From the NCBI GenBank assembly GCA_964016885.1, contig OZ024754.1, positions 2,728,001 to 2,792,000 on the forward strand: a stretch of 64,000 nt of DNA, read 5' to 3'. A program made the translations under genes and the position numbers. Below the pieces are notes generated by a model that had not been told where the DNA came from, searched no databases, and saw only the letters and a program-made list of their open reading frames with translations. Every line of letters starts with the position of its first letter. Position 1 is the stretch's first letter. Of this stretch, positions 13,234 through 25,944 are shown piece after piece. This DNA is from Eledone cirrhosa. Lineage: Eukaryota.

Positions 13234-13529
13234 ATGTACCTGAGATGAACCTGAAGACTTTACACGTCTGTGAAATACTTAGCTTTCACGACTGGGTTCC
13301 GGTGTATATTAGATCAGCTGTAACGTTCGTCCTTGGAAGTGGCAACTGTAGGATGTCCTCTAGGACAACAAAGGTTTGCTGTGTATACTAACTAGTCTAC
13401 TAGTTAATAACTGTTTAAAATACTGTACAGCCTTCTTGAATATTCAGTTAACTATTAACTAATACATTCGCGCGTATAGACGCACTTTTACAACCTACAA
13501 ACATGGATATATACATATATACACACAAA

Positions 13530-13581
<52 letters not shown>

Positions 13582-13600
13582 CACACGTATATATATTCTT

Positions 13601-13636
<36 letters not shown>

Positions 13637-13682
13637 TTGTGAGTGTGTGTGCGTGAATGCATATATGAATATTGTGAGTATG

Positions 13683-13715
<33 letters not shown>

Positions 13716-13786
13716 GTATGTGTGTATATATATGTATGCATGTATATATATATATGAGATTAATATGTCTACATTCCAACATACAC

Positions 13787-13876
<90 letters not shown>

Positions 13877-13908
13877 ATACCTAAACACCCATCTGTTTTT
13901 CACAGTTG

Positions 13909-13946
<38 letters not shown>

Positions 13947-13988
13947 AGTAGGTAAGTCTGTCCATGTCCAACGGGAACTGTCTCATAC

Positions 13989-14006
13989 CTGAAGCTGTTG
14001 TCCTAC
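13989..14006 (-). CDS. Candidate 18-nt micro-exon
   Basis: ctaat (branch-like) cttattatgtacag|GTAGGACAACAGCTTCAG|gtatga. Confidence 0.3.
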
Positions 14007-14119
14007 CTGTACATAATAAGATTAGTTAAGGGCGGCACAACTTCAAAAGAATTAATTAATATCCTGTTAAAGTCTTCCCTTTCTCTACACCTCAATTCAT
14101 CTTAAAACTTTCTTTCATG

Positions 14120-14233
<114 letters not shown>

Positions 14234-14271
14234 GGGGTATATATATCTATGCATGTATGTATGTATGTATG

Positions 14272-14334
<63 letters not shown>

Positions 14335-14351
14335 ATACGTATATATACATA

Positions 14352-14495
14352 CACACTGGGGACACTCTGAATATATATATATATATATATATTCAGAGTG
14401 TCCCCAAAAGGTGTATACACACTTTGATTACCTGTACAGGCAATATACATTAGAATGCTGTTGATGTGTGTATACATTTTGGAGGGACACTCTGT
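14352..14495. mobile_element. Tc1/mariner-type MITE of about 100 bp, with an extra TIR fragment
   Basis: TIRs CAGAGTGTCCCCAAAA..TGTATACAC / GTGTATACATTTTG..GGGACACTCTG in TA context; other copies at 45426 and 62707. Confidence 0.8.
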
Positions 14496-15027
14496 ATATA
14501 TGTGTGTGTGTGTGTTTGTGTTTGGGTATGTGTATGTGTGTGTGCGTATTTGTGTACATTCATAAACACGCAAACACATACATATAAACATATATATACA
14601 AATACACACACACACACATCTATATATACATATGTGTCTGTTTGTGTACATATATATAAACATGCAAACACATACAGCCATATGTATATATATATGTATG
14701 TGTGTGTTTACGTGTTTGAGTGTGTATGTGAGTGTGAGGGTGTGTGTTCGTATGTGTGTGTGTGTATGTGAGTGTGAGGGTGTGTGTGCGTGTGTGTGTA
14801 TGCGTGTGTGTGTATGTGAGTGTGAGGGTGTGTGTTCATATGTGTGTGTGTGTGTGTGTATGTGAGTGTGAGTGTGTGTGTATGTATGTGAGTGTGAGTG
14901 TGAGTGTGTGTGTGTGTATGTATGCAAGTGTGTGTGTGCGCTGGACCTCCACGATTCCGACAAAGAGTGTTCCAATTGTTTGAACAACGTAACGCTGTGC
15001 TCTTGAAATTAAGTGACGTTAGTGGAT

Positions 15028-15107
<80 letters not shown>

Positions 15108-15141
15108 GGTAGTAGTAGTGGTGGTAGTAGTAGTAGTGCTG

Positions 15142-15185
<44 letters not shown>

Positions 15186-15218
15186 CATAGCAGCAACTGC
15201 AGCAGCAGCAGCAGCAAC

Positions 15219-15265
<47 letters not shown>

Positions 15266-15516
15266 CAGCAGCAGCAGCAGCAACAGCAGTAGTAGCAGTA
15301 GTAACTGTTTATATATATATATACATACATACATATATATATACATACATATATACATACATATATATATACATACATACATATATATGCATATATATAT
15401 ATATACATATATACATATACATACATATATACATACATATATACATATATATATATATAAATATACATATATATATATACATATATATATACATACATAC
15501 ATATATACATACATAT

Positions 15517-15555
<39 letters not shown>

Positions 15556-15774
15556 CATATATACATACATATATATAAATATATATACATACATATATAT
15601 GTATATATATATACATACTTATATATATATACATACATATATATATATATATACATACATATATACATATATATATATACATACATATATATGTATATAT
15701 ATATATATATATATACATACATATATATATATATATATACATACATATATACATATACATACATATATATATGT

Positions 15775-15815
<41 letters not shown>

Positions 15816-16037
15816 TAACTAATTTGTGATTCCAAGACCCAACCCACGAAGAGAGCGGCAGTGAGGACGTGACAGAAGTAAGATTAAAGTAAAGTATTTA
15901 TAATCCGTGACATGTAGCAGAACGAATTCATTGACTTAAGATAATCCCTCGCAGTTTTAGTTAAATACTATATAAAGTCTATATTGAATACTTAATAGAA
16001 ACGTTACTTAGCTCCCTCAAATTAAGTTACCATATAG

Positions 16038-16079
<42 letters not shown>

Positions 16080-16081
16080 AC

Positions 16082-16139
<58 letters not shown>

Positions 16140-16141
<2 letters not shown>

Positions 16142-16306
16142 GGTAATTCTGAAGTAAAAGCACAGGAAAAAAAAGTGCTCTATGTATAGAACAGAGCTAT
16201 TTAATTAGAAAGTGAACACCACAAAATATAACTACTCCATTACCAAAGGTTTCGGGATCCCAGACAATATTAATATACGTCAGGATCGTTGACTTTCTAA
16301 TTAAAT
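16140..16306 (-). mobile_element. Hammerhead cassette family C, second copy
   Basis: Retains stem II and GAAA-CC UUU GG-UA-AUGGAG but is truncated at the CUGACGA box; 16-bp terminal inversion. Confidence 0.7.
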
Positions 16307-16326
16307 ATATATATATATATATATGT

Positions 16327-16408
<82 letters not shown>

Positions 16409-16489
16409 GCGAAACAGAAATAACAAAACAATCGGTACAGTATGTGGAAGGTATATATTAGGTTAACGCTTGATATAGCAGGAAGAGGG

Positions 16490-16525
16490 TCTTAACGTTT
16501 CGGACGCTAGTCCTTCATCAGAAGA
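16490..16525 (-). ncRNA. Minimal hammerhead motif (family H cassette 16405-16560)
   Basis: UCUU-CUGAUGA-A-GGAC UAGC GUCC-GAAA-CG-UU-AAGA, the CTGATGAAGG..CCGAAACGTT form typical of PLE minimal hammerheads. Confidence 0.85.
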
Positions 16526-16626
16526 AAGAATGAGAAATAAAATAGATTGAGGAGACCGGCGGGTTGGAGTTGGAAAAAATGTCTTTAGATAAAAATAACA
16601 GGTCCATTCGTGTTGACATCTCTTAT

Positions 16627-16715
16627 ATACACCATATTTTCCCGGCGCCGAAGACGCTACTTTTTTCCTAAAATAAGTCTCAAAAATCTACCATACGTCC
16701 TGGAGGCCGAAGGTT
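16627..16715 (+). mobile_element. Degenerate pogo/Tc1-type DNA transposon terminus
   Basis: ACCATATTTTCCCGGCG..AAGACGC..TTTTT..AAAAATC..CGTC resembles TACCGTATTTT-type MITE ends. Confidence 0.4.
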
Positions 16716-16742
16716 GTTTATTATTTTTTTCAAATTGCTTGC

Positions 16743-16780
<38 letters not shown>

Positions 16781-16966
16781 GCAAGCAAGTGGGTACTTAT
16801 ATGCATGTGGGCGTGTTGCCTGCATGATCGGGCAATTATTAAGATGTGACATGGTTCAACATTTAATAGGCGTAAAGAAAGCTTTCTTAAATCTTTATTT
16901 TTTTATTTCTCATTCTTAATTTTCAGACACACCCACCCATACAAACACTATACAGAAGTGTTGCTT

Positions 16967-17035
<69 letters not shown>

Positions 17036-17107
17036 CATCATCTTTGTCCGTTCTCTTGTCGTTTTAATTTGGATTGCCTCGGGAACGTGACCGTATTATG
17101 TAAGAAT

Positions 17108-17177
17108 CTGTCTGATGAGATCAAGGCACAGGGGACGTGGAAACGTGTGGCTACTGTCATTGAAATATGTATCACAG
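17108..17177 (+). ncRNA. Type I hammerhead motif (cassette 17032-17235)
   Basis: CUGU-CUGAUGA(17112-17118)-long imperfect stem II-GAAA(17162-17165)-UAUGUA-UC-ACAG. Confidence 0.7.
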
Positions 17178-17232
17178 CCTTATCAACTTATCAACAAAGG
17201 ACTTTAACATCTGAAACTACTTCGCATTTTCT

Positions 17233-17281
<49 letters not shown>

Positions 17282-17295
17282 TTTTAATATAGATG

Positions 17296-17346
17296 AGATT
17301 CTACAGGACTAGAACTGTTTCATTCATTAGAAATCATCAGGAATCT
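17296..17346 (-). ncRNA. Type I hammerhead motif (mirror copy of 17368-17418)
   Basis: Exact reverse complement of the plus-strand motif. Confidence 0.85.
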
Positions 17347-17367
17347 GGATTCTAGATTCTGGAATCC

Positions 17368-17418
17368 AGATTCCTGATGATTTCTAATGAATGAAACAGT
17401 TCTAGTCCTGTAGAATCT
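17368..17418 (+). ncRNA. Type I hammerhead ribozyme motif
   Basis: AGAUUC-CUGAUGA-U UUC UAAU GAA U-GAAA-CAG UUCUAGUC CUG-UA-GAAUCU. 6-bp stem I, 4-bp stem III, predicted cut after GUA at 17412. Confidence 0.9.
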
Positions 17419-17501
17419 CATCTATATTAAAACTTTTATACTCTGCTATGTATTGAGTACCTTACTTACTGTGGTTACCTCCGATTCAACCCGGAATAAC
17501 G

Positions 17502-17540
<39 letters not shown>

Positions 17541-18857
17541 GTGTGTATTTGTGTGTGAGTGAGTGTGTGTGTGAGTGCGTGTATATGTATGTAATACTAT
17601 TAAAGAGTATCTCTACAGACAACTAACACAAATCCACATTTATAAATGTAACATCTACATATATTCATATACATACATCTACATATACTTACACCAGTAT
17701 ACATCTACACCAACTATAAATCTCACTGACTCGACACATACACGCACCTACACGTCTACACGCGCAAACAGAGCTACATTCACACATCTATATAGACACA
17801 TCTATATACACACATCTATATCCACACATCTACATCTACACATCTACATCTACATACACTTACACCAATATACATCTAGACCAACTATCTTTATCTCTGT
17901 CTCACTTCTCCTTCTCTCTCTCTCTTTCTCTCTCTCCCCTCTCTCTCTCTCGACACACACACACACACAGCTACATACACACATCTACACATATACACAC
18001 TCATGTCCTCACATACCCCTATAGAGACATGCACGTCTTTCACATATATTGACATAACGAGTAAGGTTTGAGGGCCTCTCTTCATTTAAACCTGCAGACT
18101 CATTGAACGTCTGATGTCTTACTCCATGTACAAATCTCCCTTTCTTTCTTCTATTACTCACGTGTCGCTTACATCAAGGCAAATATAATATATACTATGA
18201 CTAAGTTGAAGTTAAAATTTAGCATCACTACAGCATTTAAACAACATGTAGACATTAGAAGCTAAACTAAACTAAAACAGAAAAAACTAAGAGAATTTTT
18301 TTTTTCACGTGATATACGTATGTTTAGATTTCATGAATTCCTTCTCGATTTTAGTGTATTTGATTTTTGCTGAGTATTTAATCTAGGAAGACGACTAAGA
18401 CCCAACATAAAGAAAAACTAGCAGATGTTAAGATGTAATAAAATTACAATATAGTATAAAAACGATGACAGAATTTGGAAGGAATCTATTAGAAAAATAT
18501 ATATATAATAAATATGACGAAAAAAATAAAATGCAAAAAATAAATATCTGCTAAATCTTGTCATGAAATGAATGGAAGATAAATAAATAAAATACAAAAT
18601 TAGAGAATAAAACATTCAGTAAAATATATTTTCTTGATGCAGTATGAAGGAGGGGGGAGGTGTAGCTTTTACCGGAAATACTAATTCCGCCATTAAACTG
18701 ATAAACTATAGATGGCTTTTATAGCACTTGATAGTGTTCTTCAAAGGACACCAAATTTACTTAGGTTTTCTATAAAAGGAAATTTAATTTACGAAGATGT
18801 GTGATCGAACGCAGAGCAAGAAAGCGAGCCATAAATGTACGGAATAGATAGATAGAT

Positions 18858-18934
<77 letters not shown>

Positions 18935-18976
18935 TAGATAGATAGCGTGGTAAGTAGGTGAGATTGCAAAATAATG

Positions 18977-19135
18977 GTTTCTTATATAGGCACAAGGCCA
19001 GCAATTTTTTAGGGGGGAGGGGGGAGTCGATTAAATCACACACACTGCGTGACTGGTACTTATTTTATCGACCCCCGTAAGAATGAAAGGCAAAGGTGAC
19101 CTCGGTGGGATTTGAACTCAGAACGTAATTAGCCG
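18977..19135 (-). mobile_element. SINE family 1, 5'-truncated
   Basis: Homologous to 5474-5656. Confidence 0.85.
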
Positions 19136-19366
19136 TAATAATAACAATCTGGCGTAATGAGCATTTTATATAGGTCTAGGACTACCTTCTCCAATATACC
19201 ATTCCTGGAGGGATTTCACTACTATTTCTAACAGGTCAAGGTAGTGCGTTCAAGTGTGACCTAGAGTCATTCGTATACAGAGGACGAACACATATTATTT
19301 TTTTTTTTGGGGGGGGGGGGGGTATTTTGCCCTTCAGTGTGTCAGAGTATATATATATATATATAT

Positions 19367-19570
19367 AAAGTCTAAAGTCTGTCTTAAGCCAGAAGGCTCA
19401 TTTGGCTGGTGTTTATCCCGGTTTCACGACTGAGAGTACAAGACTCCCCCCTGGATAGGACGCCAGTCCATCGCAGAGTAAAACCCCCAGTTATTGCTGA
19501 TACTCCTTTTCAGCTGATTATACTGAAGCAACGTGAAATTAAGTGTTTTGCTCAAGAAGACAACACGCAA
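19367..19570 (-). mobile_element. SINE family 2, core and 3' tail
   Basis: Homologous to 25944-26185 and 13089-13233. Confidence 0.8.
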
Positions 19571-19644
19571 CCCAACATATATATATATAGTGGCGGCTGG
19601 CCAGGTAGAGAGAGAAAGAGAGAGAGAGAGGGGGAGAGGGGGTG

Positions 19645-20195
19645 GAACTGAAATGAAACATGGATTACAGGTTAAAATATAGTCTAGATAGATGTGAAAC
19701 AAAACGAGGATGTAGTTTATGGAACACCCAAATTATTTAGAAGTGCACTTTAAGTAGGAGCAATAACATTAGGAAAGGCATGAACGACACCACAGCACTT
19801 TGTTTTGAAAATTTTGAAAGTAGGTTTATAAGTATGAATTTTAATAATATTTGCGTAGTTGTCTCTGTGGCCTAGCGGTAGGTACTAGAGACGGTGGAGA
19901 TCCTGGTCTTGGGTTCAATCCTGGTCGAGAGGTACATGTAACCTTTTTCCAGTTTTTATTTTACAACCAATAGAAAAAAACTGAACAGGTTTACCGGGAA
20001 CCCTACACCCGACCAGGATCGAACTTTGGACCAGGATCACCACCAACTACGATTCTCCAACTAGGCCACCGAGACATCTACAAAAGCGTAATGAAAATTG
20101 ACAATTATAAACCTACTTTCAAAATCAAAATTAAAAAGTGTGCTGTCATTCATGGCTTTCATAGAGTTATTAGTAATATTTAAGGTCGACTTCTG
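19645..20195. mobile_element. Foldback element containing two convergent tRNA-like units
   Basis: Unit 1 at 19861-19933 (+) has TGGCCTAGCGG and GGTTCAATCC. Unit 2 at 20003-20075 (-) has TGGCCTAGTTGG and AGTTCGATCC. Diverged inverted arms; second copy at 56224-56720. Confidence 0.75.
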
Positions 20196-20706
20196 GTCAT
20201 TATTGAAAGTCTCTGGATTTCGCAAATTACATAATATTTTTATTGGAGAAGTTAAGATATTTTTCAGCAAAAATTTGATTGCACTGTTTTGTTTCCACTT
20301 CTGTATTTTTTGAAAATGTTATTTATTCATTATAAAAATTAAATGATAGCATTCTATATGTAGGTTGGCCCCCTTCATCTCTAACCACTAAGCAATGCGC
20401 CTTTACAGTTAGATAGATAGATAGATAGATGAATTTCATAGATAAATTTCTTTATTAGCCACAGATAGTGAGGAAGAGGACAAGAGAGAGAGAGAAGAAA
20501 GAGAGTGAGAGAGAAAGAAAGAGGGGAAAGAGAGAAAGAGAGGTAGAGAGAGGGGGAGAGGGAGAGTTATATTATATATTAGTCAGAATTACAAAGCACC
20601 AGAACTCGCAAAATTTTCCATAATACGCCATTAGACAGAAAAATGTGTTTATGGAAATATCTTCGGTGTTTTATTTGTGAAAGATATTTTTAAATCCACC
20701 CCACCA

Positions 20707-20738
<32 letters not shown>

Positions 20739-21182
20739 CCACACACATACACACCCGTAGATCTGTAATGGTTGTTAGTGCCTGTCAGTTTTTACTTTTG
20801 ACCTTGTACGTATAAAATATATATAATGTACAATAATATATATATATATATGCATAAACACATTATACGTATAAATATGTATAATGAAATATATAACTTA
20901 GACAAAAAAACAAACTAATCCTTAGCATTCGGTGTAATGGTGAGTTGGGTATGTCGGCCATACTTTGTACATCGTCATCATCATCATCATCATCATCATC
21001 ATCACTGTCACCATCATCATCATCCTAATCACCACCACCACCACCACCATCATCATCGTCATCATCATCATCATCATCACTATCACTATCACTATCATTA
21101 CCACCACCATCATCATCATCATCACTTTCATTATCATCATCAACCAACAAACTTGTTCAAAACGTCAGCTTAAAAGAGTTAC

Positions 21183-21330
21183 TGGCGGTGGTGGAGGTGG
21201 CACTCGTAGATATGGTGGTGGAGCGGGCGGCAGTGGTTAGTATAATGATGGTGGCGGCGGTGGTGGAGGTGGCACTCGTAGATATGGTGGTGGAGCGGGC
21301 GGCAGTGGTTAGTATAATGATGGTGGCGGT
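21183..21330. repeat. 72-bp tandem duplication
   Basis: GGCGGTGGTGGAGGTGGCACTCGTAGAT...ATAATGATGGTGGC occurs twice. Confidence 0.85.
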
Positions 21331-21511
21331 GTTGGCTGGAGAGGAAGATGTATTTCCATAGGGATGAATTATAAATGAAGAATCCATTATGGTCTAAGAC
21401 TGTAGGCCGATACTCCGTCGTTAAAGCAACCTCCTCCCTACACCGCCATAGGAAGGGATTGGAAGCTCAGGAATGAATTTACTTCATTTTTACCAATTCC
21501 GTTACATATAT

Positions 21512-21542
<31 letters not shown>

Positions 21543-21757
21543 GTATATATATATGTTTATATATACACACACACACACATATATATATATATGTGTGTAT
21601 GTATGTATGTATATATATGTACATATATATATACACACATATATATATATAGACATATAGACATATAGATATAGATATATGTGTGTATATATATACATAC
21701 ATACATAAATAAATGGAGACAGACAGACATGTATATGTGTGTATATAGAGAGACATA

Positions 21758-21788
<31 letters not shown>

Positions 21789-21806
21789 AATAGATTATAT
21801 ATATAA

Positions 21807-21851
<45 letters not shown>

Positions 21852-21870
21852 CATACATAAACATGTATAC

Positions 21871-21935
<65 letters not shown>

Positions 21936-22314
21936 TACACACATGCACACACACATATACACACATATTTTAATAGAATATATTTTTTGGTAATATGGAA
22001 TAAGACCATAACTTTCTCTTCGTTACAATCTTACATATTATATATTATATTTTACATATATATATTTTTTACGATAAATATTTCTCTCTGGGCCTCCCCT
22101 CACACAAACTCTGCCATTTGCACTCTAGTTTCTCTTATCTTTACCTTTTGTCACACAAAAAAAACGTATTGTAAATACTGAGTACAATAACTAAATATGA
22201 GATAAATGTGGGATAATGGTATGAGATTATTCGGCGGATTATTTAGCACTGGCTGATGTTGTTTTCTTGTAACATGTTGAAACCTTGTCTTAATTTTGAC
22301 AGGGTGGTTCGATA

Positions 22315-22370
<56 letters not shown>

Positions 22371-22373
<3 letters not shown>

Positions 22374-22567
22374 AACGAGTGGGACCCCGACGACTGAGCT
22401 CAAGCCGTTTCGACGGCTAATTCTGGACTGAATCTAGAATTAGCCGTCAAAACGGCTTGAGCTCAGCCGTCGGCGTCCCACTCGTTCCTATTACCCACTC
22501 TACTACCCTAAGTATTGAGTACTTTGGTGCGTTATGGTCCACCTGGTTCCTTACCACATTTCCTTCG

Positions 22568-22570
<3 letters not shown>
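22371..22570 (+). mobile_element. Cassette family B (hairpin plus tail; hammerhead 3' half)
   Basis: About 54-bp inverted arms; family consensus GAAA-CGGCU UGAGCUC AGCCG-UC-GGGGUCC; other copies at 47530, 58033 and 58680. Confidence 0.75.
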
Positions 22571-22613
<43 letters not shown>

Positions 22614-22615
<2 letters not shown>

Positions 22616-22698
22616 ATTCAAAATATTAACAAAATAGATATTCTTGTGATAATAAAATATACTTGATCACAAGAATATCTATTTTGTTAATATTTTGA

Positions 22699-22700
<2 letters not shown>
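22614..22700. mobile_element. Hairpin remnant of family I 3' tail
   Basis: Inverted arms ATTCAAAATATTAACAAAATAGATATTCTTGTGAT; same sequence as 22875-22927. Confidence 0.7.
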
Positions 22701-22770
<70 letters not shown>

Positions 22771-22818
22771 TATTCAATCTTAACCATCTATTATGTCAGG
22801 GTATGTCATGCATCATCT

Positions 22819-22885
22819 TATTTTATCTGATGAGGACGTACTGTTGAACTTAAATCAGTACCTCTGAAATATGTATAATAAAATA
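22819..22885 (+). ncRNA. Type I hammerhead ribozyme motif (family I)
   Basis: UAUUUUAU-CUGAUGA(22827-22833)-GGACGUACUG..CAGUACCUCU-GAAA(22866-22869)-UAUGUA-UA-AUAAAAUA. The 8-bp stem I overlaps AAUAAA. Confidence 0.85.
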
Positions 22886-22939
22886 TACTTGATCACAAGA
22901 ATGTCTATGTTGTTAATATTTTGAATTAATATTAATAAC

Positions 22940-22973
<34 letters not shown>

Positions 22974-23303
22974 AACCTTTCTTATTCTCTTCCTTCTTCT
23001 CATTCAACTTTTCATCGTTCTACAATGTTTCTCCTTTCCAGTTTTCATCGCACCCTGGAAGAAAGCCTTAACAAAAAAACAAAAAAGCTAAAGAGCAATG
23101 GGTATAGAAACGCACACACACAGTCACAGAGAGGGGGGGAGACACATATCTACACACACTCATAGAAACACACACAGATACACACATCTACTCATTCTCA
23201 CATCAACTATACGCTTACATTAACACACACACACACAAACACACACATATATATATATAAATAATATAAATATATATATATATATATATAACATAAATAA
23301 ATA

Positions 23304-23363
<60 letters not shown>

Positions 23364-23420
23364 CATATATAAATATACAATATATGTGTGTGTGTATATA
23401 AATATACATATAATATATAC

Positions 23421-23455
<35 letters not shown>

Positions 23456-23534
23456 TAAACGCACATAAACACAGAAACACACATCTACTCATTCTAACAT
23501 CAAAATACATACATAAACACACACATACAGATAC

Positions 23535-23587
<53 letters not shown>

Positions 23588-24368
23588 GAGACACAGACAC
23601 AGAGACAAATGATGGATGAGATGTCACCTGTCCAGCAATGTCCAAGACGTGATAACTATTTCATTAAATGTATATCTTAAGTTTAATCAGTGTGAGAAGA
23701 GTTTCAGTACGAAAACCATTCACATGGAGAAATAACTCTTTTTTTCAAAAACAAAACTTTAAACAGCAAACAACAACAACAACAGTTACAACAACAACAA
23801 CAGCAGTTACAACAACAGCAGCAACAGTTACAACAACAACAACAACAACAGAAACAACAGCAGTTACAACTACAACTACAACAACAAGTTACAACAACAG
23901 CAACAACTACAGAAACAACAACAACGACGACGACGACGACGACGACAACAACAACAACAACAGCAGCAACAGCAACAACAGCAACAACAACAGCAGCAGC
24001 AGCGGCAGCAGCAACAACAACAACAACAATAGCAACAACAACAGCAACAACAACAACAGCAACAACAACAACAGCAACAACAACAACAGCAACAACAACA
24101 ACAGCAACACAGACACGTACAGACTAGGGAGAGAGAGGCGGAGGGGGGAATATGCAGCAACAAGAACAACAACAACTACAACAGTTACAACAACTACTAC
24201 TACTACAACAACAACAACTACTACAACAACAGTTACAACAACAACTACTACAACAACTACAACAACAACTATGACAATAACAACAACATGGCTGCCAGTA
24301 GCTGTAGACTCGACACGGTTTAGATGAAGGTCTGTCGATTAAGGTACTCGAAGAAAGTAGGTTTCAAA

Positions 24369-24401
<33 letters not shown>

Positions 24402-24690
24402 TGTGAGTGTGAGTGTGTGTGTGTGTGTGTGTGTACTTGTCTTTTCTTTTCATCGCGATAGAAACGCTTCATTAGACTCCAGCCGAAAAGATGGATGGCT
24501 CAGAAGATGGCAGCAATCGAATACATATGTGTGAGTGTGTGAGAGAGAGAGAGAGAGAGTCTGTGTGTGTGTATGTGTAGAGAGATTGTGTGAGTGAGTC
24601 TGTGTGCGTAGGTGTGTGTGTGAGAGAGAGAGAGTCTGTGTGTGTATGTGTATGTGTGAGAGAGCGAGAGAGTCTGTGTGTGTATGTGTA

Positions 24691-24722
<32 letters not shown>

Positions 24723-24740
24723 TCTGTGTGTGTATGTGTA

Positions 24741-24772
<32 letters not shown>

Positions 24773-24890
24773 TCTGTGTGTGTATGTGTATGTGTGAGAG
24801 AGCGAGAGAGTCTGTGTGTGTATGTGTATGTGAGAGAGAGAGAGAGAGTCTGTGTGTGTATGTGTGAGAGAGAGAGAGACTGTGTGAGTA

Positions 24891-24990
<100 letters not shown>

Positions 24991-25023
24991 TGTTTTGGAG
25001 TAAATATATATATATATAAATAT

Positions 25024-25079
<56 letters not shown>

Positions 25080-25297
25080 CATACATTTATGGCCACGCGA
25101 GCCATTTTAAAACTTAACTAACATGAGACTTTACATCACACGATATCTCTTCCTCAGCCTTCCTGCCATTTGTCTTTGTCTTCGTACATTGAACTAAAGT
25201 CAAAATATTTCTATTTTTCTCTTTTCAAATATTTCTTCTTTTGGTTAAATTATAGCGGACTTAAACACATTGAATTTAGCATTGTTTTACTATATTT

Positions 25298-25474
25298 AGG
25301 TGGTAGATTGGCAGTATCGGTAGAGGGTCAGACGTAGAGGGTCAGACGCCATGCTTTCCGGTCTGAGTTCAGATCACGCCGAGGTTAACTTGGCCTTTCA
25401 TCCTTACCTGGTCTATAAAATAAAGTACCAGTAATACACTGGGATAATTGCTGGCCTTGTGCCGAAAGTAGAAA
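25298..25474 (+). mobile_element. SINE family 1
   Basis: A and B boxes plus core; internal 14-bp duplication GTAGAGGGTCAGAC. Confidence 0.85.
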
Positions 25475-25910
25475 TAATTATATTACCATATTTACCGAAC
25501 AGCACAACTTGTCCTGTGTCAACTTGTTTTGTTGCAACTCAATGTGCACTGGAATGAATAGTCCAAACTTGATAGAACTGAAACTATAGTGATTTCCAGA
25601 TAATGACTGATGAGAAAGAAACGATCGTTTTTCCTTTGTTTGATTGTTTTTTTTTTTGGGGGGGGGGGGTAGTTGTCTTTGCCTGTTATTCGCCCCAGTA
25701 ACCAATCTGGTACTTTGTCAAACTCGCGAAGACTAGGCTGTTTTTTTAGAGACGGATTTTATTCGCCTCGCCAGAACTACGTCACTGGGTTGTGAGAGTT
25801 TTCTTAGGAGCTACTGGTGTCACCCAGTGCTCCATCCCCACTAGTGGTTTACCACTGTTGGTCCGGAGTTGGGAAGCAAAGACCTGAACATGTCGGTCAT
25901 GTTGTATCCA

Positions 25911-25943
<33 letters not shown>

Positions 25944-25944
<1 letters not shown>

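Larger units (their letters stand above)
17281..17500. mobile_element. Hammerhead cassette family A with perfect 72-bp inverted repeat
   Basis: Arms 17281-17352 and 17362-17433, 9-nt spacer, 3' tail to 17500, (TA)n both sides. Confidence 0.85.

Noticed and set aside
19861-19933. Functional tRNA gene
   Set aside because: A and B boxes are present but there is no clean acceptor stem or anticodon loop.
22248-22294. CUGAUGU..GAAA CCUUG UC
   Set aside because: Core mismatch and weak stem I; not distinguishable from chance.
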